Origin: Negaprion brevirostris
Taxonomy: Eukaryota
Length of the DNA stretch: 63,934 bases
Direction of reading: 5' to 3'
NCBI GenBank assembly: GCA_030324005.1
Contig: JARDVH010000130.1
Coordinates: 12,792,503-12,856,436, forward strand
The position numbers were made by a program, and so were the translations under genes. Within the stretch, counting starts at the first letter, position 1, and the number at the start of each line of letters is the position of its first letter. Shown one piece after another: positions 37,701 through 50,911 of this stretch. Below the pieces are notes generated by a model, which saw only the letters and a list, made by a program, of their open reading frames with translations, was not told where the DNA came from and ran no database searches.

Positions 37701-38444
37701 TTAGGAGGTCGCTTAGTTGAAACCTTTCATTGTGAAAGCATTTCACCTTTAAATCCAGCCTCAGTGCTATTTCTTGACAAAAGCTGAAGGCTGCCTTCTT
37801 CACAGAATTATTCTAATGAGATACCATAACGAAATGAAATTCTTCTGCTCGATCAGTTACACGCAGCTATCAATATTTTAATATAAGAAAGCATGCAGAT
37901 TAATGTGGAGAACCTCGTATTGTTTCTAAGAAGTCATAGACTAAAAGAGATTTAAGACCATTCAATATGTGTACTCTCCCCCGCACATTGTGTAGACTGT
38001 AAATTTCAGTTCAGCATTTGGCATGTGTGTTGCATAACACGTTTTATGTTTCGCTAAATACCTTCTTGAAGAGCTATGCTGTCAGCTGTGGCAGGTTTCA
38101 GGATTGGCATCATATCACAGCCATGGGGTGCATTTTATAGATAGGTACAGCAACTGAGCTTCATCAACAAATAAATGTTGCATGCCAGTTCTGCTGTACG
38201 TGCATCTCAGCATGGAGGTCACAAACAAAGCTTTCAGTCTTGGTAATTAGTTATCAAAAAGGATCTCTTAATCTTCACTAGCTATAATTGTTTACCACTT
38301 ACCTACTTAATCCCTCCTTAAAACTTCTATATCATGTAACTGGCAATCATGAACTATGCAGTTACAGCTTTGTTTTATGCTGAATTATCAACACTAATGC
38401 TCACAAATATGTTGCATGTAAAATTGATGTTCCACTTGCAACTG

Positions 38445-39330
38445 TTCAGATACTAGTGAAGTCCATGCCTGCATTCAACAAGTTCTGAAATACATTCAAG
38501 GCTTGGTTTGATAAGTGGCAAGTAACATTATTGGCCCAAGAGAGTCATGCAATAGCCATCTTCAATAAAAGGGAATCACAACCATCTCTCCTTAACATTT
38601 AATGGCACCAGCAATGTCAAATCCTCCACCATCAATGTGCTGGGGATGATTTTTGATAAGAAATGTAACTAGAGCAGCAACATAAATATTCTGGCTGCAA
38701 GAGCAGTCTGAGTCCAGATATTCTGTAGCAAGTAGCTCGTCTCATGATTCTCTAAAGCCTTTCCACCATCTACAAAATCAGGAGGGTGATAGAGTACTCT
38801 CCACTTGCCTCTGAGTGCAGCTGTAACAACACTCAAAAAGTTCAACGCTATCTATGAAAAATAATATTTAATTGACACTCTATCCATCACCTTCAACATT
38901 CACTCCTTTTACCAACAGTGGTCCACGATTTTAGTGTTTACCATCTATAAGATGTATTGCACAACAGAAGTTTCTTCGACAGTGCCTTCCAAACCTCCAG
39001 CCTTACCACCTGGAAAAGTAATGGCAAAAGGCACGTAGGTACACCACTACATACAAGAATTCTCCAGCCATTCAAGCCAGCAGGATACTCTGCAGCGAAC
39101 GGAGATTTGGCTGGGCACCAAATTCTCCGTCCTTGCTTGTCAAGGCACGAACAGCTGGAGAATTCTGGCTCCTGTTGCTTCACTGTCATTGAATTAAAAT
39201 TCTTTGAACTCTCTATCTAAAAGCACTGAGTGCATTTACTCCACATGGACTGCAGCACTTGAAGGAAAAATTTAATTGCTATCTTTCGAAGAACAATTTG
39301 GGATGGCTAATAAATGCTGGCCTAATATAC
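38445..39330 (+). mobile_element. CR1-clade LINE 3' part with an inserted MITE (39056-39169)
   Basis: gataagtggcaagtaacatt (DKWQVT); homologous to the 1870-5045 family; tail gggatggctaataaatgctggcct. Confidence 0.75.
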
Positions 39331-40210
39331 TGTAACAGGCGAAACTTGATAGCAGTCCCCACAATAGCAATCCCTTGATCAAAGATGGTAGCCTTCCAGT
39401 ACTTTCCTCTGCCTCCAAATTTCCCTCAGGCACATACCTGTTGAAGGCCTGTATTTTAGCCAAGATCCTCACCACTCACTGTGTATAAAAGTTTTTCCTC
39501 GTGCTGCCTTTTCACTGGAGCCTGAAAAGAGCTGAAGAGAGGAAAGGTCAATGAGTACTGGCTTTGGCAAGAGGCTGGCTCCCAGCAGTGAGGTGAAGAG
39601 TGGGAGAAGGGGAGAACAGTCAGAGACTATGTGGCTGGTATCTTTGGACATGGAACAGTCAAATAAAGAACAGCAAAGGAAAGAAAATGAGGAGAGGCAA
39701 AAACATGATTAAAAGAAGGTAAGTCCATTATTGTCTCAGTTATACTGCATGGAGAGATTAACTATATTATAGAAAAGGAAGCCACTTTTTCACTACCTGC
39801 TTGCAGCATGGAATCATCAAAATTATAAATTACAAACAGATCAACGATGATCTTATTGAATGGTAAAGCAGGCTTGAGGGGCCAAATGGCTTACTTCTAT
39901 TTTGTATGTATGTTCATATGTTCGTACAACAGCAAAGGGATGCTATTTGTGCATTGAGCCAATGCTATGCCTGCAGATGAAGATGTCTGCTCTCATCCTT
40001 TACTTACCACTATCCTTTCTTCTATAATCTACTCTCTTTCCAAATAATTATAAAATTCTCTTTGAAATAATGTTACAGTCGCTGCCTCAATAGCCACTTG
40101 TGGTGAAGTATTTTGTTTTCTAGTAACTCTGAGTAAAGAGAAAAGATTCTTTGATTCCCACCTGTCTAATAGTCTTCAGCCTATGGCCACTTATGGCTAC
40201 AACTGGGGAG

Positions 40211-40512
40211 GAGCAGCACGGTGACACAATGGCACTGCTATCTCATAGTGCCAGAGACCTGGATTTGATTCCCAGCTTGGGTCACTGTCTGTGTGGAGTC
40301 TGCACATTCTCCTCGTGTCTGTGTGGGTTTCCTCCAGGTGCTCCTGTTTCCTTCATAGTCCGAAAGATGTGCTGGTTAGGTGCATCATTGGCCATGCTAA
40401 ATTCTCCCTTAGTGTACCCGAACAGGTGTCGGACTGTGGTAAATAGGGGATTTTCAGAGTAACTGTGTTGCATTGGTAATGGAAGCCTACTTGTGACAAT
40501 AATAAATAAACT
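40211..40512 (+). mobile_element. Alternative-tail V-SINE inside decayed CR1 remnants
   Basis: Head and body as 17109; tail cttgtgacaataataaataaac. Confidence 0.85.
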
Positions 40513-43035
40513 TAAATAATATAAAACACTTGTTACTGAATAGCCAATTTGCATCTTCCACGATTTATCCTATTAAAATATTTCATTATTTTGAAGTCAT
40601 CCATTAGATTCTGCTTGTATGAGAAAGGAGAAAAAATATCCAATTAATCTGCATTATTTGCAAAGTTCTAATATTCTTTTTTGAATGGAACTCCCAGAAC
40701 CATGTGCAATATTCCAGTTGTGGCCTGATGAACTCCTATTCAAATTTAGCATCATTTTCCGACAAACATCCCATGTTTTAAACCTAGAATCCTACTTACC
40801 TGTTTATACGTGCTCAACACGATGGTGGCTTTGCTCTGAGACAATGAGGGGTGTTTTAATCTAAAGCAAAGCAGGTTTGAATTGGGTAATCATGGGGTTA
40901 ATTTTTGAGAAATCTGTTCCTCTACCCGAATCCCCTCCAATCCAAACATTTCCAACTTTAACTAAGGCAGGTTAGATTTTTAATATGATGCTGACCCCAC
41001 CACAGGGCTTCTGACTTCCTCATCATTCCCAAATCTTTGATCTCAACACCCCCAATCTCTGAACTCCAATCTTCATCTCCCCTCCCCATCCTCCACCCTC
41101 CCTTAGGCATTCAAGTCCCACCACCCATCGCAACTGCTTCTGATCTCCAACTTCACCCTTAGACCGCAAGTCCATTTATTCGATTCCTGTTCAACCACCG
41201 CCCAACACCTCCTTCCTCCCTAGTCAAGTCTTGTTCCTCCACCATCAAACACCCTCTTCTAAACCCACCCCATGCCCAGTCAAACCCCCAAACACTCCTC
41301 AGTCAGAATTTAACTCAAACCCCAATCAGACAGTTCTAAGGGCAGAGAACTGATGAGCAACATCAGTGACATGCTGTAGTTCCTCCACAGTGCCTGGCGG
41401 AACTTCAGATTGTAGGTTCCCCATTATCTTCATGACTGCCCCCCTCCACAAACAATGTCCTTGTCAGCATTCCACATTCAAATACATCTGAATTTTTGAG
41501 CATTTGTACATTTCAGTATACCAGTTTCTACCTATTTACAAGCCGATCCCAATCCCTTCCTCCACAGCTCCCCCAGTCTGTCGTTCCTCTTTCTCAGCAT
41601 CAATATTACTCCCTTACCAGGTGACCACTTTTTGAATTGCACTTTTAGGATTATTTACCCACTCTCTTCCCCCTCCCCTATACTAAACAGCCATGCTCCC
41701 ACCCAACCCTGCACACCATGTCGAGCAGGACAATTCTAATAATTTCTCAAGCTCAGTAACTTTGAACTTTTCAGCCTATACTTATCCTTCACACTTGCGT
41801 TTTCCATGCCAGCCATTTGAACTGTGTGATTGATACAATTTTCTGCTTTAAAGCAAAAGGTGATACCCTGGGTGTGCAATCGACTTTAACTGTCACATGA
41901 ACACAGTGATGTTGTGCAATTGCGTAATATGGATGATAGTTGGATAAGAGCTCACCTTGTCTTGCTGTAAATTTTTATATCCATTGACTTCAATAAAGTG
42001 GCAAACTGACTAATGGCTACCATTTATTTTACACTATTGCACAAAAGTTTGCCTAATGTTGGCAGCTCTGGTGACAAGAGCTGGTGTTGCGTAAGACCAA
42101 CTGTGGACATGAGGAACAAGCTAACATGTTAAGTTTTGAATCCCGAACAGATTGCAAATGAACCTCCAGAAATTCCAAACTAAAACTGGCAAACCAAAAT
42201 GACAATAAATGGAAGAATTAAAGTTTGTAATGATTTGTGCCTGCATTAATGGATTAATCTTAATTTATTTGGGTAATATTGCTTCTTAAAATATACCAAT
42301 ACATTTCTCAAAGAAAGGATAATTAACCTTTTTCGTGATCTTCCATCGCTTTCATTCAGTTACTATGGAGATGATTCAATGCTCTTGGAATTGCTCATTT
42401 TAAAGTTACTGTAATTTAGATATCAGTTTTCATTCCCAGAAATACAATTTACAATTCCAATTTTTTTACAAATTAGGAAATTGTTAGAGTGGAGGGTGGC
42501 TCTATGCATATTTTTTATATTTCACTTGTTTAAATATCACAAAGTAATGCTGACACATCATGCTCCTAGCCGCCAAGTTAGTTTATACAGGGGCTTATTT
42601 TATTTGTTTTACTGGGACAATACATTGCCAGCCTTATTAATTTATTTAAAATAGACAGCTCAAGCTCCCCTAGCTCTGCAAAACCTATATTTGAATAACA
42701 AGGCTGCGCATACACAGCTAGTAAACAGGGTGGTGACAGGAATTTGGTAAGAGTGGGAATTCATTGGTCTATAAGGGATTTCCATTAACACACAGAACTG
42801 TGCACACAGAGCTGGGTGAATCTGCTTGACAGAGTGGTGACAGGAATTTGGTGAGAGTGGGACATTAGTTATGGATACAGAGTATCAGAACACAGAATAA
42901 CGGGCACAAGGGATTTGGACGGGGGGTGGGGGGGGGGGGTGATCAGCATGTTGAATTCATTGATCAGCCATGCTCAAAATGAATGGCCGAGTACGCTCAA
43001 AAGGCCGAATGGCCTACTCCTGCACCTAGATTTTA

Positions 43036-43355
43036 ATTCATAAAATTCCTACAGTGCAGAACGCTAACCCTAACCCAGTCTGCACAGACAGAGCATCCCA
43101 CCATCACCCTATCTTCATAACCGCACACAATTACCCCATTAATCCCCCTAGCCTACACATCTTGGGACACTAAAGGGCAATTTGGCATGGTCAATTCACC
43201 TAATCGGCACATCTTTGGACTGTGGGAGGAAGCCGGAGCACCTGCATGAAACCCATGCGGGGAAAATGTGCAAACGTAGTTACCCTCGGCCAGAATCAAA
43301 ACCGGGTCCCTGATGCTGTGAGGCCGCAGCACTAACCACTGTGTCACCATTCCGC
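43036..43355 (-). mobile_element. HE1-type V-SINE
   Basis: ctacagtgcagaa...gacactaaagggcaattt...ggactgtgggagga...gctgtgaggccgcagcactaaccactgtg. Confidence 0.8.
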
Positions 43356-43764
43356 TGAGTACTAAGAGGGAAAAAGTTACAACAATAAAAAATCTGGTAT
43401 ATACCAATAATTGAAAAAAGAGAGTAAAGGGACATTAAATGAAAAGCATATCAGGTATCCAACATAAATCATTAGACTTTCAAGTAAATGAATGAGATAG
43501 CCTTGGTCCTCTTTCTCTCCTGCAGTTCCAGCAGCAGCCATGGATACCTTATTAGGGTTACCAGAACAGGTGGAGCTGTCCACCAAACTAGACCACAGCT
43601 CCAGAGGGCAGAAATTCTTCCCTAATGAAGGCGAAGGTCCAATTTGGCCTTCTTTGTCCACCTTGCAGGTGGTGAGGAGCGTGTCAGTTCCATATTATCC
43701 AGCCCAGCGTTTATGAACGGCCAAATGGCTTTCCATGCTGCACTGTTCTGTGACTCTGTACTGG

Positions 43765-44225
43765 AATAGCACCAAGGATGAGGGAATTTAATTATCTGGA
43801 GACACTGAAGAAGCTGGGGTCATTCTCCCTAAAGTAGCAAAGTCAAGAGGAGAATTTACAGGGTGTGCAGAATCAAGAACGATTTTGAGAGAGTAAATAA
43901 GGAGAAATTATCTCGAATGGCATAACCTGTAACTTGAGGGCCTAGATTCAAAGGAATTGGCAAAAGAACCAGAGGCAACATGAGGAAATGTGTTTTGCAC
44001 AGTAGGTCGCTATGATCTGGAATGCACTGTCCAACAGGGTCATGCAAACTGACTCAATAATAATTCTCAAAAGGGAATTGAACAACATTTGATGGGTTCT
44101 GTGGAAAGATCCACACTTGACTCTTTTTCTCCCTCCACAGATATTGTGAGATCTACTGAGTATTCCCAACACTTTACTATTTTTATTTCAGATTTCCATC
44201 ATTACTGTAGTTTTTTTTGTATTGT
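43765..44225 (+). mobile_element. CR1 3' fragment followed by a Penelope-like repeat (44090-44225)
   Basis: gatctggaatgcactg...aagggaattg CR1 motif; ctccacagatattgtgagatctactgagtattccc. Confidence 0.6.
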
Positions 44226-44869
44226 CTTACTGCTCACTCCTGTTACTCAAATAAGTCCATCATTTGGCAGCACAGTACAAAAGGATGAATAGCAGGATTG
44301 CTAAATGCACTGTCTGATTAGATAGCTAATGACTTGTCACAAATATTCCAACTAAAAATGGATCATTTGAAGGTTGTTGCAATTAATTTTAAGATCTCAA
44401 AAATAACAAGACTATATCTATTCATTTGTTCACCAATCTTAAATTGAAATCAAACAATAATATCTTAGCCTGGAGTGTTTACTGAGGCCAATAGTGTCAG
44501 GCAGCTGAAATAAGTTAGACATTTAAAATTATTTTGTCTGAGTATTTCCTTCAGTTGAGTATATTAATTCCACTCCTATTCCCTGTAAGTTTCTCTCCGA
44601 CCTCTGATAAGTGTTTAATATTCAGTTTTTAATTAAAAATTGATGTAGATTTTGTTATTGATGATTAGTAATAACTAATTTATTCTGATCATGTTGGCTT
44701 TGTATTACTGTTGGTGATACGAACAGACAAACACATATGTTAAAATGATGAACAGGTCAATGTCATACAAACATAAGTATAAAGTGGTATGCAGAGAAGG
44801 CTCCTTCCTCATTTAGTGTTATAGGCAACATTAACTGCTAAGCTTACTACTCTGTAACATGTTCTGAAA

Positions 44870-45240
44870 TGGCAGGGGTGAAACTGATCAGACGGGGGAT
44901 TTGGCTAGCCCTTTGCACTGGGGAGGTGTGTGGATGCCTGCGATCATGGTTTGCCTAAGCTACGGTCGTGTTAAGGAGTAAGGATAGCCAATGAGGTTAA
45001 ACTGAGGCTTTACCTGATGCACTTTTTCAAAGCCTTCTCAACCTTTTAGCTAAGATAAAGCGTTAGATCAAGCTGGAGGAGGTGTGCAATGCCTCATCCT
45101 GTCAACTTGGATCTTGTTGGATCAAGCCCAAGATGGAGTGCAATGTCTTGTCTTGTCCCTCATGTGGGCACCATGACTGGACTTAATTTGAATTGGCTTT
45201 ATTGATCGGAATTTAAGTACCAAAAGATACCAAACAAAGC
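44870..45240 (+). mobile_element. Chimeric U1/U2 snRNA-headed retroposon (SINEU-like)
   Basis: U1-like 44870-44945, second U1 stem-loop-II-like piece ~45003-45023, U2 5'-like 45034-45063, internal direct repeat, TCTGAAATG duplication at 44863-44871 and 45241-45249. Confidence 0.75.
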
Positions 45241-48159
45241 TCTGAAATGAAATGTTTCTGCCGATCGCAAATGCTTTCACACTTAGTTACAAATTTAGCA
45301 CAAAACAACTGGAAAGCCAATCAGTAGTGTTGTCTTCATGAAAGCTCCATGCATCCTCACATAGTACATTCAAAAGCACTAGTCAGAATTCCCAGCGTCA
45401 GACATCATATTCTCCATGGAGCACTCAGGTGCTGCTCAGCTGGGTACCTGCTGGAGAACAATCAGCCGGTGTCCCTGGCTGCAGCTTCACAAAGGTGATA
45501 AAAAGGAAAACAGCAGCTCCTGGAAACCCAAAGTAAATAGGAAATGCTGGAAGTGCAATGAGTTCTGATGCAGAGTCTGACCTGAAATACTGACCTATAT
45601 TTCTCTTTGACTCACCTACTTTGCCTTTCCAGAATTTTCTGTTCTTATTTGTCGGCTCATTTTATGATAAAGTCTCTGGAATCACCCAACTCACACGTTT
45701 GTGACTCTTAACTTCATAATCCTGTACAATTCTATGTCTGTAGACATTCAGCACATACATATTTTCTTCACTTCATGCAAGTTTTAAAAATATTTAATAA
45801 CATCAATTGGCCATCACGTAAATACAATACAGGGTGATGCAATTTGTGCAAAGCTCATCAACTCAACTGGAATAACGTATGTATGACTTCACCCCACACG
45901 TTATATAATCAGGTACGCTCACTGTATAAGTACCACATGACATCAAAACCTCTGGGGTATCCCATAGCGATTACATAGTGAGTAACAGAAATGAAGGAAA
46001 GCATTAAAATAGAAAGGAAAAGTAAGAAAAAATATCCAGACAGGAAAGATTGAGAAGAAATATTAACAGGGAAAAAAATAGGAAATTCAAATATCTAACA
46101 TAAGAAAGAGTGAAATGATGAAATACATAGAAGACAAAAAGAAAAATAGAAAAAAAGAAAAATAGAAAAAAAGGAAAATATTACCTTCAGATTAAAAGAT
46201 TATATCTCCATGCACTTGCTATGAACATTTCCCCTTCTAAACTCTGATGCCCACATTTGTAATGGAAACAGCCTGTGTAAACTTGTCACGTAGTAACTGC
46301 ATTCTCCCACCCTGAGCAGTTGCTACAGCTCAACCAGTGGAAGAAGGATGTAATTATACCATGACAGGCCATGGCAAAGTCAGTCTGGGAGTCGCGGCAT
46401 CCCAACCATGACACATGATTGTAGAGGATCACCTCCCTACCTTGTTCCCAGGAATATCTCTCAAGCATCTTGGGACTCTAGGTTTCAGAGTGCAAGTCTC
46501 TATGATTTCCAGCTCAGCCTTCAGGCAAAGTGTGGTCAGAATAGCCTGATCCCAGCTCACAACCCTTACTGTCAAGTTGGCCAAACTATCAGTTCAATCC
46601 TCCCCCCCACCAAGTTGCACAAGCCAACTTCTTCCTTTGGTGACAATCTGATCACAGACGGTTTCCATTATAATAGTGCTCACAGGGATTTAAAATTGAA
46701 GTAAAAGAATGAAGACACAATATTTGATATTAGAGTGGGAGCTGAATTACATTTTTGTACCCTGGCCAAATAATTCCTTTACATTTAGTCCAGTTTGACT
46801 TGGAAAATTAATCATTACAAATATTACAGCTGATGATATTTTTCAGTAGGAGTACAAATAAATGATAAAAGTACAGAATACCTTAGCTATTTTTAGTTCT
46901 TTTATGTATATTCATGCAGTGAAATATGCAGAGAAATAACAAAAAATACAGTAAAAAATGAGGAAGGCAAATATCATCACAATTTGAGTGCACAAACATT
47001 TTTTGTTGCCTTGCATGATTAAAAATAAACTACTCTCATTCGAATTTGACTACTTGACTTATAACCAGATACACAGTATGTGAATTATGCACTTAAACTG
47101 TTCTGTCTTAAGTGTATTTTCAGTGACCATATCTTTGTATGTCTATATAGGACAGAATAACTGAATATTTAATTACAATCTGAAATTCATACTTCATTGG
47201 AAATGCACAAACGGTAATCAATGACCCATTTTTGTTTGGAGCGAGAACATTAACATACTGATTTTATTTGCATAGCTTGTTTCAAGGGTCTACTGAAAAA
47301 GTCTATTTGCCAACACAGCTACTGATAGATTTCTGTCATTCTAATGCGAAATGAGTGAGATGAACATCTGTGATACTGGTCATATGCTATTGTCAGACAC
47401 TTGTCTGTCCATGAAATTCAAGTAAATATTTGGGCAATCATGCTTTTCTGACATCATTTACCATTCATTTGTTATTTTGTGCTATTATAACTTTTTTTCC
47501 CCAGTACTGTTTATTATGTATTGTGACTTTCAGAGGTTTTAGTGTTGGTGTTCTTAGTAAGATGTTTAAAATAACAAAATAACTAAGGATTTTTAAAGGC
47601 AACTTTCAAAAAGGTGGATATTTTTGTCTAATCCATAAACTAGTCAAATTGAATAGTGAATAATATGAAATAACACTGAGAGCTTCCTGCTGAATAATGT
47701 ATTTAATTAGTTGCCTGGCAGTGCAGTATGCTGATTCACAAATGCAAATTACTGTAGAGTAGTTGGGTTATCCTTCTATCGTGAGTTGGCAATGGAACCC
47801 TGAATGCTAGAGAGAGGCAGCAGGCACATCTGATTTGCTACAGGAACAAATGGCAAACTGGAGGTGGACAAGCTGTGCTACTCATACATCTCCAAGCAAC
47901 AGACTTGTGCAACAAAAGCCACGAAACCAAGAATTGGCCATACGCTGACCTTACAAGGCATTTATGTTGATTTAATTCTTAGCATTGAATAAGGACCAAT
48001 ATATTGACACGTATTAAAAACTAAGCTAAAAATTCAAGTGCATCAGTACTTGGGCATGGAGGATGTGAATTGTGACCTGCCCCCACTGTTTCTGTTGGAG
48101 GTAGGCGGCATGCAAATTTGGAGTTGCCATCTCACTTACATGATTGGAGCACTGTGCTG

Positions 48160-48312
48160 AGCTCTGACAAACAGTCATATGGACTTGAAACATTAACTCC
48201 ATTTCTATCATTACAGATGCTGAGATTTTCCAGCAATTCCTGTCTTTATTTCAGATTTCCAGCAATTCCTGTTTTTATTTCAGATTTCTAGCATCCACAG
48301 TATTTTGTTTTT
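48160..48312 (+). mobile_element. Penelope-like terminal repeat with hammerhead-like motif and internal ~29-bp tandem duplication
   Basis: agctctgacaaacagtcatatggacttgaaacattaact; agatttccagcaattcctgt(c/t)tttatttc occurs twice. Confidence 0.6.
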
Positions 48313-49174
48313 AACTTGTGCTGAGCAGTTCCTGGCTGACTATTGGTTGCCTCTCATCTGCATTATGAACTATCTCATTTCACAGTAGGGAGTCAAACAG
48401 CAACGTGCTGAGAGCCAAATTTCTATTCTGAGAGGCAGTCTGTCCCTCTTAAAGCTGCACCGGATTGCAAGAGGTTTTTGGTGAATACAGTTGGTGTAAN
48501 NNNNNNNNNNNNNNNNNNNNNNNNNNNNNNNNNNNNNNNNNNNNNNNNNNNNNNNNNNNNNNNNNNNNNNNNNNNNNNNNNNNNNNNNNNNNNNNNNNNG
48601 TAACTCTAAACAAGGAAAAGTACCAGGGTAGAGAGCGGGTTCTATGATCACAGATGTGACACCGCAAATGGTCTAGCTAATATGAGGTCTGCTAGGCTTT
48701 TGTGCCAGTAAAGTGGTAGTGGCTTGGCGGAAGGTGTGTTTTGGGGGGCGGTGTGCATGGAGGGAGATGCAGGAGATGGACGTAAGAATCTTGTATCGGC
48801 TCCCCCACTCCCACAATATCATGCAAGCTTACTGGAGGTGAATCCTAGGCTCTCCCTGAAATTCCACTCCTTACACTCTCACCAGCCTTAGTGAAACTCT
48901 CAACAGTTGAGAACTGGCTCTTAGTCAGTTAGTGTTACAGGAAAATCTTCCCAGAGTGCAAGGGAAAGGCCTAAATTCCTCAGTAGGACAAGCTAATGGG
49001 ATCAATTTCTGACAACAACTGTGTCTTTAGTTCTCTGAAAACCTGAGTTTCAAATTCTTAGCTTTCATTTGGAATTTTCCAGACTTACAAGTGACAAAGG
49101 CATACTGCCAATCTAACAATGCTGCAAGCAGATTTGCAGAGGTTGCACTTGGTGCATGCTTACCAGGGTTTGTA

Positions 49175-49830
49175 ACAACAACAACAACAACAACAAGAAC
49201 TTGTATTTATATAAAATACTTGACCTAATAAAATGCTCCCAGATGATTCACAGAAGCATTATCACACATAAGGATGCATTAGGCAAACTGACCAAATGAT
49301 TGGTCAGTACAGAAGGTTTTAAGGAGCATCCTAAAATATTAAAGAGAGCTAGGTAGAGAGATAGAGAGGTTTCCACGGTGATGTGGGGGATGGGGGGGTG
49401 CCTTTGGTGCAGTATTTCAAAGTTTGGCAGCTAAAGTCACAGCCAACACAGCTGAAGTGATTAAAATTGGGGATGTCCAAAGGACGTAAGTAGCTAAGAT
49501 ACCTGAGGTTTGAAGAGCTGAATAAGATCACAGGGGTTTTGAAACAAAGGCATGAACTTTGAAATTGAGATATTGCTTAAGTGGGAGCCAGTGCAGGATA
49601 TAACACACAGGGTGATGGGTGAATGGGACTGTAGCTAGTTAGATATGGGCAGCAAAAGTTTGGATGACCTCAAACTGAGAGAGGTGGAAGATGGGAGGTC
49701 AAACAGCAATACTTTGAAATATCTAGACTNNNNNNNNNNNNNNNNNNNNNNNNNNNNNNNNNNNNNNNNNNNNNNNNNNNNNNNNNNNNNNNNNNNNNTA
49801 ATATTAGGGAGGTGGAAATAAGTAGACTTA
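49175..49830 (-). mobile_element. L2 LINE 3' fragment with (AAC)n tail
   Basis: (aac)n-aacttgtatttatataa tail; ggttttaaggagcatc...gagaggttt; tttggatgacctca. Confidence 0.7.
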
Positions 49831-50396
49831 GACAGTTGCCAAGAAGAGGGAGGTAGCTAGTGAACAGTGTTTCTGGTAGCCTGTCTCACCCAAATGTCCG
49901 TATTCCCAGGATTTGAGATGCAGCCTGCAGTCTCTCCCAAGGGTGGATGAGAATCCAGTTCTGCAATGCATATGTTGACAGCATGGATCTATTGCCTCCA
50001 CCCATTCCAGAATTCCAGGTGGGGAACTACTTAATCCAATTCTATGGCCACAGTGGGTTACGGGTTCTTCTTAACAACACAGGGATATAATGCGGCTGTC
50101 CTTATCATGCAGGAGATCATTCCAAATTACTATCAGGAATGCCACATAAGATTCACAGTGGCCCCGAAACTCTGCAAGGGGCATTCTCTGTTTCTAGTTC
50201 CACCTCCAGCAGGAGAAAAGCAGGAATTAATAATAATTGAAGACATTACTTAATGCTATTTACAAAAGGAGTCTGGAAAACCCTGCACAGAATTTCCAAT
50301 CCAATAAATCTAGATTTCTAGGTCAGATGTTTTATAAAGGCATAAAGAGACAAATGCAATATTTTGAAATGGGTAACAGTTTTACCCGATAGAAAA

Positions 50397-50503
50397 TATG
50401 TCAACAGATATAGAACAAATATCTATATATTTGTTCTATATCTGTTGATATAGATATCAACATATATCAATATTGATATATAGATATATCAACATATATC
50501 AAT
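50397..50503. repeat. AT-rich palindrome cluster
   Basis: Perfect 22-bp arms at 50401-50422 and 50427-50448; perfect 20-bp palindrome at 50462-50481. Confidence 0.9.
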
Positions 50504-50504
50504 G

Positions 50505-50805
50505 AGTGCCCTACAGCCCTCCAAGCCTGCACCAATCATGATACTTGCCTGAACTAAATCTGTATGCATTTACAGAGTCAGTAGCTTTCAATTCCCATCC
50601 TATTCAATATTCATCTAGCTGCCCCTGGAATGCTGTTATCGCACCTGCTCCCCAAGTAGCACATTCCAGACATTCACCATCCTCTGTGTAAAAAAAAACT
50701 TGCCTTGTACATCCCCTTTAAACTTTTCTTCATGCACCTTAAACCTAGTACTTTTCTACCTTAGGAAAGAGCATTTGACTATCCACTCTGTCCATGCCAC
50801 TCATA
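50505..50805 (-). mobile_element. CR1 3' fragment
   Basis: cattccagacattcaccatcctctgtgtaaaaaa...cccctttaaac...accttaaacct. Confidence 0.7.
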
Positions 50806-50911
50806 GGAGGCACAATTTTTCTAATCTCACAGCCATATGTATAGCTTGCAACTCAAAGATCAATTAAACTCTGACCTTGTCCAGTGTTTATTAAACAAAA
50901 ATTACACTTAT

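Noticed and set aside
44870-45063. Functional U1 or U2 snRNA genes
   Set aside because: Fragments only, lacking the U1 5' end, Sm sites and 3' stems, and enclosed in a TSD; treated as retroposed.
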